Positions 10,169 to 19,467 of a DNA stretch of 64,000 nt are shown piece by piece. The notes beneath the pieces are model-generated. The model had not been told where the DNA came from. It made no database searches and saw only the letters and a program-made list of their open reading frames with translations. Source of the DNA: an uncultured delta proteobacterium (GTDB lineage Bacteria; Myxococcota_A; Polyangia; Polyangiales; Polyangiaceae). Position 1 is the stretch's first letter. Every line of letters starts with the position of its first letter. The stretch covers positions 5,952,001 to 6,016,000 of the forward strand of contig CAWAIF010000003.1 of the NCBI GenBank assembly GCA_963782055.1, in the 5' to 3' direction. The position numbers were made by a program, and so were the translations under genes.

Positions 10169-11830
10169 TCATTTCGGGTTGGGGGGGGGCGGGGCGCAGT
10201 CGCCGCCGCCTTCGATCTGGGCGTTGACGCGGAAGGTGTTCAGCTTCGCCCAGCTCTTCGGCATCTGCTTGGGGATGGTGCCGTCCTCGCGGACGTTCTC
10301 CACGCTGTAGGCGTGCTGGTTCCAGATGCGGCGCGTGGGGATCCAGCGCTTCTGCGCGTCCTGCAGCACCTCCACGGTGTTCTTGTAGTTGGCCGGGTTG
10401 GTTCCGCCCTTGTTGGAGACGACGACGATGTCCGCCGAGCCGTCGTTGTCCACGTCCGCCACGACCGGGTACTCGATGAGCGTGCCGCTCGAACGGGGGT
10501 AGGTGAGCTCCTGCTTCCCGGTGGCGCCGTCGAAGATGTAGAGCGCGTCCTGATCGCCGTAGACCGCGTCGGCGATGCCGCGGCCGAGGAAGTCGAACGC
10601 CGTCGCCGAGGCGAGGCCGCTGGTGTCGTCGATGGGCTGCGACCAGCTCACCGAGAGGTTGGTCCCGTTGAGGTGGTAGATGGTGAAGTGGCTGCAGCTG
10701 GAGTTGGCGATGTCGGCGTGGCCGTCGCCGTCGAAGTCGGTGACCACCGCGGGCTTGGACCAGCAGTTGGGGCTCGTCGTCTTGTCGTAGAGCTGCACCG
10801 GACCGAGCTTCACCGTGCCGTCGTTCTCCAGGACCATGACGCCATCCTGCCGCGCGACGAAGATCTCCGGCTCCGGATCGGAGTCCAGGTTGGCCACCTG
10901 CGGCTGCCCGGGCGGCCCGGGGATCTTCCAGTACAGGCTGCCGTCGGAGTGCAACGCGGCGTTTCCGAAGATGACCTCCAGCTTGCCGTCGCCGTCCAGG
11001 TCCGCCGCGGTGTTGGCCGGGCACCAGTATTGCCCCTGGAAGGCCGACTCGTCGTAGGCGAACTTGTGGTTGCCCTTGTTGTCGAACACCTCGAACGCCG
11101 CGATGATCTCCGGGCTGCCGTCGCCGTCCAGGTCGTAGATGCCGATGGCGTGGCAGTACGAGTTGGTGTTCTGCTTGTAGATGCCCACGTCCTTGCCGAC
11201 CCACTTGATCTTGCCGTGGTTGTCGTACGCCACCAGGTGGCCCTGGACGTCGTTGGTCACCACCTCGGGGATGCCGTCGCCGTCGATGTCCCCGAACGCC
11301 GGGCTGACGCTCGCGTCCACGGTGCCCTCGAAGGTGTACTCCACCTTCCCGGTGTCGCCGGCGAGCATGTAGATCTGGCCGGCCGCGCCCGGACCGCCGC
11401 CGCTGATGGTGACGATGACGTCCGGCACGTCGCAGAGGTTCACCTCGCCGTCGCCATTGTCGTCGGTGAAGTTGCCGACGAGCGGCGTGACGATGCTGCC
11501 CTCGATGCCGTACCCGCCGCCCTGGGGCGGCGGCGCCGTCCACGTCCACTTCACCTCGGGGGTGAAGGAGTTGGGCGGGGAGGACTTGGTGCACGTACCG
11601 GCGTTCTCCCCGTCCGGCGGGACGTGGCACTTGTCGATCGGCGGCGGCGCGACGTCCTTCTGCACCACGTCGCCGAAGTTGGCGCCGCTGTCGTCCGGCT
11701 GCAGGACGCCGGAGTCGCCGCCGTCCGCGTCGCCGAACACGGCCTTGTCGCTGCTGCCGCACTGCGCGCAGAAGAGGAAGATGCCCACGCCCGCCGCGGT
11801 GAGGGCAAGAAGAGAGTGCCGCATGTCCAC
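10169..11830 (-). CDS. FG-GAP/VCBS-repeat secreted (lipo)protein
   Basis: Signal peptide ending AQC; repeated DxDGDG motifs (DIDGDGIPEVV, DLDGDGSPEII, DLDGDGKLEVI, DFDGDGHADI, DVDNDGSADIV); RRIWNQHAYS. Confidence 0.9.
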   Translation of the reverse strand: MDMRHSLLALTAAGVGIFLFCAQCGSSDKAVFGDADGGDSGVLQPDDSGANFGDVVQKDVAPPPIDKCHVPPDGENAGTCTKSSPPNSFTPEVKWTWTAPPPQGGGYGIEGSIVTPLVGNFTDDNGDGEVNLCDVPDVIVTISGGGPGAAGQIYMLAGDTGKVEYTFEGTVDASVSPAFGDIDGDGIPEVVTNDVQGHLVAYDNHGKIKWVGKDVGIYKQNTNSYCHAIGIYDLDGDGSPEIIAAFEVFDNKGNHKFAYDESAFQGQYWCPANTAADLDGDGKLEVIFGNAALHSDGSLYWKIPGPPGQPQVANLDSDPEPEIFVARQDGVMVLENDGTVKLGPVQLYDKTTSPNCWSKPAVVTDFDGDGHADIANSSCSHFTIYHLNGTNLSVSWSQPIDDTSGLASATAFDFLGRGIADAVYGDQDALYIFDGATGKQELTYPRSSGTLIEYPVVADVDNDGSADIVVVSNKGGTNPANYKNTVEVLQDAQKRWIPTRRIWNQHAYSVENVREDGTIPKQMPKSWAKLNTFRVNAQIEGGGDCAPPPPNPK

Positions 11831-11846
11831 CTCCGAGACCGAAAGC

Positions 11847-12110
11847 TTACGCCCCGCCGCCCTCTCCGGCGAGGCCCGAGAGGCGAGCCCGCAGCTCCCT
11901 CGTCAGGTCGATGACGCGCCCCTCCACGACGAAGGTCCCGTCCTCCTGGCGCTTGCAGGCGTGCACCTTGATGCGCACGGGGGCGCCGTCGTTCAGCACG
12001 CCGGAGGGGCGCGAGCCCGGCGGGGAGGAGGTCGTGGACACCAGGGCGATCGCCTCGCCGTCCAGCCGCCGCACGTCGGCCTCGCCGCCCTTCTCCCAGC
12101 GCAGGTGCAT
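11847..12110 (-). CDS. Small hypothetical protein
   Basis: ATG immediately after the smpB stop; MHLRWEKGGEADVRRL, 87 aa. Confidence 0.6.
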   Translation of the reverse strand: MHLRWEKGGEADVRRLDGEAIALVSTTSSPPGSRPSGVLNDGAPVRIKVHACKRQEDGTFVVEGRVIDLTRELRARLSGLAGEGGGA

Positions 12111-12112
12111 CC

Positions 12113-12616
12113 TCAGCCCCTCTCCCGTTCCTTGCGCGAGCGCCCGATCGCCTCGCGCGCCTCGCGGTCCGCCTCCCGCTTGGCGATCTCCTGGCGCTTG
12201 TCGCCCTTCTTGCGGCCCTTCGCCACGCCGAGCTCCACCTTCACCTTCCCGCGCTTGAAGTACAGGCGCAGCGGGATGACGGTGAAGCCGCCGCGCTTCA
12301 CCGCCTCGTGGATCTCGGCGATCTCCCCGGCGTGGAGCAGCACCTTGCGCGAGCGCCGCGGCTCGTGGGGGAACGCGGTGGCCTGCTCGAAAGGTGCAAT
12401 ATACAGCTGCTTCAGCCACACCTCCCCGCGCTCCTCCGTGGCGTAGGCGTCGGCCATCTCCACCTTGCCCGCGCGCAGCGACTTCACCTCGCTGCCCACG
12501 AGCACCAGCCCGCCCTCGTAGCGCTCCTCGATGGCGTAGTCGAAGAACGCACGCCGGTTTTTGACGATGACCTTCTCGCCGCTTTCTTCGGGCTGCTTCA
12601 CGGGGCCGGGGAACAT
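12113..12616 (-). CDS. smpB: SsrA-binding protein SmpB
   Basis: NRRAFFDYAIEERYEGGLVLVGSEVKSLRAG, HEPRRSRKVLLH, IPLRLYFKRGKVKVELGVAKGRKKGDKR. Confidence 0.97.
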   Translation of the reverse strand: MFPGPVKQPEESGEKVIVKNRRAFFDYAIEERYEGGLVLVGSEVKSLRAGKVEMADAYATEERGEVWLKQLYIAPFEQATAFPHEPRRSRKVLLHAGEIAEIHEAVKRGGFTVIPLRLYFKRGKVKVELGVAKGRKKGDKRQEIAKREADREAREAIGRSRKERERG

Positions 12617-12654
12617 AGCGCAACGGCCGACGAACGCATGGTACAAGAACCGAC

Positions 12655-12855
12655 ATGCTCGTGCGGTCGGTCCCCCTCGCGGTCCTCGCCGCGCTTGCGC
12701 TCCTCGCCGGCGCGGCCTGTCACGACAACAGCGTGCGCCCGCCTCCCTCCATGCCGCCGGTGGCTCCGGCGGCGGTCTCCGCCGCGCCGGCGGCGAGCGT
12801 GGCGGCGCCTTGCGACGACGCCCACGCCGACCCCGCCGGGACGTGCGAGCGGTGA
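12655..12855 (+). CDS. Possible small lipoprotein
   Basis: Hydrophobic leader ending LAGAAC; stop overlaps the NUDIX start. Confidence 0.45.
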   Translation: MLVRSVPLAVLAALALLAGAACHDNSVRPPPSMPPVAPAAVSAAPAASVAAPCDDAHADPAGTCER

Positions 12856-13433
12856 CACGCCGCGCGCGCCCCTTCGTCCTGCCCCCTCCCCGCATCGCGC
12901 CGTGGACGGTCGGGCCCGGGGAGCGACGCGGCTCGTACTCCGTCTTCGACGTCGACCGGTACCCGCTGCGCGACGGGCGCGGCGACGACCGCGGCGAGGC
13001 CTTCCTGATCGCCGCGCGCGACTGGTGCAACGTCGTCGCGCTCACCGAGGAGGACGAGCTGGTGCTCGTCTGGCAGTTCCGCTTCGGCCCGCGCGTCATG
13101 TCGCTGGAGCTCCCCGGCGGCGTGATGGACGACGGCGAGACGCCCGCCGGGTGCGCGCGTCGCGAGCTGCTGGAGGAGACGGGCTACGAGACGGCGTCGC
13201 TCGAGCCGCTGGTGGTGGTGCACCCCAACCCCGCGCTGCAGGCCAACCGCCTGCACGCGTTCCTGGCGCGCGGCGCGGTGAGGACACGGGATCCCGCCTT
13301 CGACGATCAGGAGGAGTGCGAGGTGGCGCTCGTCCCGGTGGAGCACGCCGCGCGCCTGCTCGACGAGGGCCACATGACCCACGCCCTGTGCCACGCCGCG
13401 CTGGGCGCCTTCCTGCGGCGCCGCGCCGGCTGA
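12852..13433 (+). CDS. NUDIX hydrolase (ADP-ribose pyrophosphatase-like)
   Basis: Nudix box GGVMDDGETPAGCARRELLEETGY; QFRFG..SLELPGG. Confidence 0.9.
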   Translation: MTRRARPFVLPPPRIAPWTVGPGERRGSYSVFDVDRYPLRDGRGDDRGEAFLIAARDWCNVVALTEEDELVLVWQFRFGPRVMSLELPGGVMDDGETPAGCARRELLEETGYETASLEPLVVVHPNPALQANRLHAFLARGAVRTRDPAFDDQEECEVALVPVEHAARLLDEGHMTHALCHAALGAFLRRRAG

Positions 13434-13510
13434 CGGACTCCATTGCGCATTACGTCGGTTCCGGATCAGTGCTGTAGGTACATGTGCCGCGCCGATTGCC
13501 ACCTTGTCCG

Positions 13511-13538
13511 TTGACACGGCCGAGCTGGCTCGTATGCT
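13511..13538 (+). promoter_or_regulatory. Sigma70-like promoter of the lipoprotein operon
   Basis: TTGACA (13511-16), N16, TATGCT (13533-38); GGGAG RBS 7 nt before ATG 13588. Confidence 0.55.
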
Positions 13539-13587
13539 CATCGAGCCTCGATCGCACGTCGTGATCGTGGGGGACGGGAGCAAGGCG

Positions 13588-15311
13588 ATGAAGCGGCTGG
13601 GCTGGGCTGGGCTGGGCTGGGCTGTAGTCTTCTGGGCTTGATGCTCGCCGGTTGCCCCCCGCAACCCCCGCCGGGCCCATCCTCCTCGGCCGTGACGTAC
13701 GACATCGAGATCCGCTCTCACGGCAACCTCGTCTTCGGCGACGTGCTGAGCTCGACGAACACGTCGTGGGAGTGGGGGCCCGGATCGATCCAGCCGGTGC
13801 CCACCTTCGAGCTGCTCGGCAGCAACGATCTGAGCGCCCGCCTGCGACTCGCTGGCTCCTCCATCTCCAGCCAGAACCTGGCGCAGCTCGCGCTCTTCGC
13901 GCGCGATCCGCGCGAGGTGACCGACACCCTGGACACCACGTTCGATCCCACAGTCTGGGAGGCGACGACGAACCCCTGCGCGCTGCCCGGCGTGCGGTTC
14001 GTCACGGCGGAGAGCATCCCCAACGCGGCCTACCAGGAAGGCAGCACCACGGCCCCCATCGTGACCGGGGACTTCTGGACCGACCCGCCCTGCGCCACGG
14101 GCCCTGGCGCGGTGCCCGACGGGCATGGCAGCATCAAGTCCATGCGCACCTACCGCGAGGGGCTGTGCCGCGCCTCGGTGCCGCTCGGGCCCATCGTGCA
14201 GCAGATCGTCGGCTCGCTGAAGCAGGAGCTGGCGGGCGCCGTGCTGAAGGCGCCCTACTGCTCCGACGCGTTCGTGCAGTACATGGACACGACGACCTAC
14301 CTCTCCCACCAGAGCACGGCGTCCGATCGGCTGCCGGACGCCGTCCCTTCTGGAGGCTTCTCCTTGCTCTTCGGCTCCCAGTTCCACCACTACCTCCCCA
14401 TCCCCGACACGTTCACGCAGGTGAGCTACCGCTACGAGCTGCGCCTCTCCGACGGCCGGCTGACGGCGGCGCCCTTCAAGAACGAGCTGGCCGCGCAGGG
14501 CTACAGCGCGTCGGACGCGATCACCGCCCTGCAGGGCGGGCTGGAGAACGACATTCCGGCCGCGATCAACCAGGCGTCCGACTTCAGCCAGGTGATCGCG
14601 CCGGCGCTTGAGAACAATCAGACGACGTGCACGCAGGATGAGGAGTGTGGACCCAGCGAAGGTTGCCTGCCTTCGCCAACTTTGCCGGGCAAGCGCACCT
14701 GCCAGCACTACACACTCGGGACCTGTGAACCGGAGACGGACCCCTCGACGGGGAAGCCGGTGTCGAGCATCACGGCGGACTTACTCCTGTGCAAGGGTGC
14801 ACGGGACCTATTCCGTACGGCAATCGACCGTGGCGCCGACCAGCTCGGGCTCTCGTCGGCGGACAAAGGCGCACTCGAGGCGACGGCGGATCATTTCACG
14901 CTGCAGAAGTACGACAACTGGCGCTGCCGCCAACCCACGAACGGCCGCGACGACCCCACCGAGCACTACCGGTGCGAGTACGTCGTCCGGGCGAAACGCC
15001 TCAACGTGTACCCGGAGAAGGTCGACCTCGTCTTCTTCGACGAGAAGGAGCTACAGAACGAGGCCTACGCGGCCTATGTCGCGCTGGCAAGCCTGGGTGC
15101 GACCTCGCAGATGTGTACCTCGGGCCCCGACACCACGGCCTACCGCGCCTTCTACGGCAGCGATAATCCGCACGACGAGCAGCTCGTGGTCGCAAAGTAC
15201 CGGGACGCGATCACCTGCGTGGGCAACAATCCCGGATACTTCTGGGACAAGCTCACCCCCTGGCAGTACTACTTCTTCGGGGTACTCGCCGGGCTTTCGC
15301 TGGCGCCCTGA
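13588..15311 (+). CDS. Large Cys-rich lipoprotein, out of frame at the (GGCTG)6 tract as assembled
   Basis: ORF 13638..15311 has a lipobox (LAGC) but no signal n/h region; with 5 repeat units ATG 13588 reads MKRLGWAGLGCSLLGLMLAGC in frame. Confidence 0.75.
13595..13624 (+). repeat. (GGCTG)6 simple sequence repeat in signal-peptide coding region
   Basis: Six perfect pentamer units directly after ATG AAG C. Confidence 0.95.
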
Positions 15312-15313
15312 CC

Positions 15314-16111
15314 ATGCGGATCGCGTCTTGGTCTTGCGCGCTCGTGGTGCTGGCGAGCCTCGGCTGCGGCGCCGTGGCGCCGGATGACTCGGACGGGGGC
15401 TCGGCGAACGACGGGGGCACGCGGGACGCGGCAGATGGCATGGCGGAGGCCGAAGCGGGCTGGACCCAGTGCTCGGCCCCAAACGGGTTGGCAGTATGTG
15501 ACGGCCCCAACTGTCCATCCATCTCGGACACATGCAACTGTGCCGATGACGCGCTATTTGGCAAAGCGGACGGCGGCGCACTCTCGTACTGTGTGAATGA
15601 TGCGTACGCTCAATACGGATCACCTGCGGATGATTGCGAGTTCGGTTGCCTCGACGGCAACTACTGCATGGCGCTGGTGTGGCACTGGCCCGACAACTTC
15701 GTCTGCTCGCCCCCCGATATGAAGCGCCTCTACGAGCAGAACGGCGCGGCCGACCGGATCCACTACGCCGACTGGAGCACCTACACCGGTGACGCCCTCC
15801 CGACGCCGGCGACCTGCCCCACCCTGCCCGGGGTCCCGCTCTGCGGAGGTCCCTGCGCGCCCTGCGGGACGGCGCAGCGCTGCACCGGCCGGTCGCCGCT
15901 GCACCCCTACAGCCTCTGCGTCCCGGAGGTCGGGAACCTCAACCCGGGGTGCAGCACCGCGAAGCCCGCCTGTCCTGCCGGCCACTCGTGCTTCACCTTC
16001 AAGGTGGACTCGGCCTCGCAACCGCTCGCCGACTCCCACGGCTACTGCATGCCCACCGCCGACTGCCAGGCCGCGGCGTCCAGCCTCCCAGGAGGCGGGA
16101 GCTGTCAGTGA
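15314..16111 (+). CDS. Cys-rich lipoprotein (paralog 1)
   Basis: LASLGC lipobox; many Cys; YADWS..TCP..CGGPCAPC..CTGRSP motif shared with the next gene. Confidence 0.85.
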   Translation: MRIASWSCALVVLASLGCGAVAPDDSDGGSANDGGTRDAADGMAEAEAGWTQCSAPNGLAVCDGPNCPSISDTCNCADDALFGKADGGALSYCVNDAYAQYGSPADDCEFGCLDGNYCMALVWHWPDNFVCSPPDMKRLYEQNGAADRIHYADWSTYTGDALPTPATCPTLPGVPLCGGPCAPCGTAQRCTGRSPLHPYSLCVPEVGNLNPGCSTAKPACPAGHSCFTFKVDSASQPLADSHGYCMPTADCQAAASSLPGGGSCQ

Positions 16112-16911
16112 CGCGCGCCGCGCTCCTGGGGGTGCTCCTGGCGCTCGGGTGCGGCGGCCGCACCGGGCTCGGCGTCACGGGCTCCGGCCGCGACGGGAGC
16201 GCCGGGCGGGACGGCTCGGCCGACGGGGGCGACGCCGGCCCGGTGGACCCCTGCGTCGTGGACGGCGTACGCCTCTGCGGCCCCGGCTGTCCGCCGATCG
16301 GGACGCCCGCCTGCTGCGTCGCCAGCCTCGACCGCGAGACGGACTCGCCGCTCGGGGCAGGGCTCTGCTGGACCGACCTGGCCGATCAGGGCCAGCGCTC
16401 CTGCGTCGCGTGCCGCGACGGCGAGGCCTGCGTCGAGCGGGCGCCCGGATCGCTCGTGTGCGTTCCGCTGGGCGTCTGCGAGCGGCTGTACGCGATGGGC
16501 GCGGGCCGGGCCTGCCGCTACGCCGACAAGAGCCCGTACGACGGCCGACCGCTCGCAGCTCCGACGGACACCTGCCCGAACGACATCGACGGCAAGAGCC
16601 TCGCCGGCCGCTACATCGTCTGCGGCGGCGCGTGCGGTGCCTGCGCCGCGGACTACGTGCCGTGCACCGGGCGGTCCGCCGACCGCTCCTTCGGCATCTG
16701 CCCGTCGCTCGACGAGATCGCCCCGACCTCGCCGGACCGGGCCATCCGCTGCTCCAGCGGCAAGCAGTGCCTGGGCGCCCACGACGGCCTGTGCGCCGTC
16801 TTCGACGTGGACCCGGCGGACCAGTCGACCGCGCACAGCTACGGGACCTGCCTGGACCCCTGCACGCTCGCGCTGCCCGGCGGCCACATCACCTGCTACA
16901 CGGCCCAGTGA
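16108..16911 (+). CDS. Cys-rich lipoprotein (paralog 2)
   Basis: GTG overlaps the upstream stop; LLALGC lipobox; YADKS..TCP..CGGACGAC..CTGRSA. Confidence 0.85.
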   Translation: MTRAALLGVLLALGCGGRTGLGVTGSGRDGSAGRDGSADGGDAGPVDPCVVDGVRLCGPGCPPIGTPACCVASLDRETDSPLGAGLCWTDLADQGQRSCVACRDGEACVERAPGSLVCVPLGVCERLYAMGAGRACRYADKSPYDGRPLAAPTDTCPNDIDGKSLAGRYIVCGGACGACAADYVPCTGRSADRSFGICPSLDEIAPTSPDRAIRCSSGKQCLGAHDGLCAVFDVDPADQSTAHSYGTCLDPCTLALPGGHITCYTAQ

Positions 16912-17050
16912 CGACGCCTGTGCCCCTGCGACGCGGGTCCACGCGGCGCTCTCGCCCGCTCGCGCTCCCCCTTTCGCGCCCACACGCATCGGGCTCGGGA
17001 CTCCGGCCACCAGGGTTTGGCGGCGGCGCTCCGTGCAGGCGGCCTGGACC

Positions 17051-17374
17051 TCAGTGCCCGCCCACGAGTCGCACCAGCGTGCCCAGCACGTGATCGATCC
17101 GGCTGCGCAGGTCCGCCTCCAGCTCTGGCACGTACCCCATCGCTGCGCCGACCTCGAAGCAAGCCTGCACCTCCCGCAGCGATCCCAGCGCCGTGTGGTA
17201 CCGGGCCGCCCTGTTCCGTCCGCGCGAGTACATCCCCTCCGCCACGTTCAGCGGCGCGCTCGCCAGCGCCCGCCGGCACTGCCGCGCAAGATCCGGATCG
17301 TGCCGCTCGACCTGCCGCACCAGAGGCCCAAGCGTCCGAACCAGCTCCAGCAACACCGGGTAGATACGCAACAT
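17051..17374 (-). CDS. Four-helix-bundle protein (23S rRNA IVP / Avd-like family)
   Basis: 107 aa; DLARQCRRALASAPLNVAEG, ALGSLREV; GGAG RBS upstream. Confidence 0.85.
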   Translation of the reverse strand: MLRIYPVLLELVRTLGPLVRQVERHDPDLARQCRRALASAPLNVAEGMYSRGRNRAARYHTALGSLREVQACFEVGAAMGYVPELEADLRSRIDHVLGTLVRLVGGH

Positions 17375-17429
17375 CGACTCACTCCTTGCAGCGCGCCCGC
17401 GCACCGCGCGCGGGGGCTGAATGCCCACA

Positions 17430-17555
17430 CCCGCCGCGCGCAGGAGCTGTCGAGGCTGCGAGCGAAGCGAGCACCGCCCGGAGCCACGCGCAGGGCGCGC
17501 AGCGCCCGAGCATGGCGAGGACGGCCCCGGCCTCGACAGCTCCGAGCACGGCGGG
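17430..17555. repeat. Long imperfect inverted repeat upstream of the four-helix-bundle gene
   Basis: Arms CCCGCCG..GGAGCTGTCGAGGC (17430-56) and GCCTCGACAGCTCC..CGGCGGG (17530-55); internal GCGAGCGAAGCGAGC and GGGCGC-GCA-GCGCCC hairpin. Confidence 0.75.
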
Positions 17556-17750
17556 ACCATCGCGTCCCCCGAGCGAGCTCCCCCTCCCGTCAGCGAAGTC
17601 GGTCCTGTTCCCCCTCCCCCCCGCGCCCGCGCCCGCCCCCCCTCACGCACTCGCCCCCGCCCCCCTCACGCGCCCGCGCTCCCTTGCGCCCCCGCCCCCC
17701 TGGACCCCGGCCTCGGGCGCGTCCTGCCATCACTGGCGACGCGCGACACC

Positions 17751-18743
17751 TCAGCTCCGCTCGGTGTCGTGCTCCGGCAGCACGCCCTCGGTCATGTCGA
17801 ACAGCGCGCGCTGCAGGAACGCCCGCCCGTCGCCCACGCCCAGCGCCAGCGCCTCGCGGCGCAGGTCGTAGCCCATCACGCCGGCGTGCGCGTAGCGGAC
17901 GCGCGGATCGGGATCGAGGGCGCGGTCCAGCACCGCGGCGAGCCCCTCGGGCAGGACGGGGTCGGTGACCGCGCGACGCACGTAGCCCTCGCGCGCCAGC
18001 TCGAAGACCGCGCGCTCGTCCAGGTGCGGGTCGAAGCGCGGCCCGCGCAGCAGCTCGTGCAGCATCACGCCCAGGGCGAAGACGTCGGCGCGGGCGTCGC
18101 CCGGACCGCCGCACGCCACCTCCGGCGCCAGGGCGGCCAGCCGCCGTCGCAGCGCCTCGCCGGTGCGGCGCACGCCCGACGCCACCAGGCTCTCCCCGCG
18201 GGTGCCGAAGTCGGACACCTTCACCTCGCCGTTCCACGAGAGGAGCACCTGCCGCGGGGAGAGATCGCGGTGCGACATGTTGAGCATGACGCCCTCGTCG
18301 TTGCGCGCGGCGCGCGCGCCGGTCAGCCCCTCCGCGGCCTCCACGCCAACGAACAGCGCGATGTCGAGCGGCACGCGCCGTCCGGCGGCCTCGTAGCGCT
18401 CGGCGAGCGTGGCGAGGGAGCAGCCCTCCACCAGCTCGCTCACGACGCACGGGTGCTCGTCGAGCATCAGCAGCTCGTGGACCTGGACCACGTTGGGATG
18501 CCGGACGCACGCGACGCGGCGAATGGTCTGGGCCAGACCGTACATCGCCTCCGTGTCGTTGCCCGTCACGTCCAGCACCTTGGCCGCCACCCGGACGCGC
18601 AGGCCGAAGCCCAGCGCGAGGGTGGCCACGTGGAGCGTCCCGAAGGTGCCCCGGCCCACCGCCGGCCCCAGCACCAGGTGGCGGGTGCCCTGGATGGGGT
18701 AGACGTCCGCGGGGAGCGGCCGGGGGGTGAGCGGTGCGGTCAT
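17751..18743 (-). CDS. Ser/Thr protein kinase family protein (atypical motifs)
   Basis: GRGTFG, VAAK, RHPNVVQV, HRDLSPRQV, DFG, APE, DARADVFALGVMLHELL. Confidence 0.9.
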   Translation of the reverse strand: MTAPLTPRPLPADVYPIQGTRHLVLGPAVGRGTFGTLHVATLALGFGLRVRVAAKVLDVTGNDTEAMYGLAQTIRRVACVRHPNVVQVHELLMLDEHPCVVSELVEGCSLATLAERYEAAGRRVPLDIALFVGVEAAEGLTGARAARNDEGVMLNMSHRDLSPRQVLLSWNGEVKVSDFGTRGESLVASGVRRTGEALRRRLAALAPEVACGGPGDARADVFALGVMLHELLRGPRFDPHLDERAVFELAREGYVRRAVTDPVLPEGLAAVLDRALDPDPRVRYAHAGVMGYDLRREALALGVGDGRAFLQRALFDMTEGVLPEHDTERS

Positions 18744-18931
18744 GCTGGAGAGGACCTAGCAAGGTCCGAACCGCACCGGGAAAGCTGCCGCCACCTCCAC
18801 TTTTCGCGGATCTCGTCTCCGGCGAGCGACGCGCTGGATCCGCGCGGATCCTCCGCCGGAGATCCACGCGGAAACGTGGGTCAATCCGCGTGCGGGTGGG
18901 CGGCGCTCGCCCTTTGTGGGAGGCTCGGCGC

Positions 18932-19231
18932 GTGAGAGAGGTCGCGCGACCACGGCTGCACTTCTTCGTTTGCGGAAACGCGCGTGACGCCGGCTCCCCC
19001 CTCGGGGCAGGATGTGGCGCACGAGGTCAAGGCGTGTACGAGGCGATGAAGGACGAGGTGGCGCGGCGCGGAGCCCACGCGGAGGTGTGGGTGACCCGGA
19101 CGGCATGCCTGGGCGTCTGCCCGAAGACGGGGTGCGCGGTCGCGGAGTACCCGCGCGGCCGCGTCGCCGCCGAGGTGACCGCCGCCGAGGCCGTCGCCTG
19201 GCTGCGCGCCGCGATGGACGAGGGCGCATGA
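18932..19231 (+). CDS. Thioredoxin-like (2Fe-2S) ferredoxin
   Basis: HFFVCGNAR..GC..VTRTACLGVC..YP. Confidence 0.8.
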   Translation: MREVARPRLHFFVCGNARDAGSPLGAGCGARGQGVYEAMKDEVARRGAHAEVWVTRTACLGVCPKTGCAVAEYPRGRVAAEVTAAEAVAWLRAAMDEGA

Positions 19232-19467
19232 CACAGGTCCAGCTCGATTCGGTGCAGAAGCTGGTGGAGGAGATGGAGGAGCTGCAGCGGCGGAAGGTGC
19301 TCGAGCTCGCGCGACGCCTTCGCCCGGACCTCACGCCGGAGGACGTGCGCAACCCGCACGACTTCCCCGAGCTCGACGACAAGGACTGGCACTACGAGGA
19401 CGGCGTGCTCACCGGCATCCAGAGCGTGGCGAGCGCGCTCCGCGCGCTGGGGCGAGGTCCGGCGTGA
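19228..19467 (+). CDS. Small hypothetical protein
   Basis: Translationally coupled on both sides; LTPEDVRNPHDFPEL..WHYEDGVLTG. Confidence 0.75.
   Translation: MTQVQLDSVQKLVEEMEELQRRKVLELARRLRPDLTPEDVRNPHDFPELDDKDWHYEDGVLTGIQSVASALRALGRGPA

Noticed and set aside
11830..12860. tmRNA gene next to smpB
   Set aside because: No tRNA-like ends or tag reading frame recognised; flanks are filled by short CDSs.
17051..17374. Diversity-generating retroelement suggested by the Avd-like gene
   Set aside because: No reverse transcriptase in the window, and none of the repeat pairs differs specifically at adenines.
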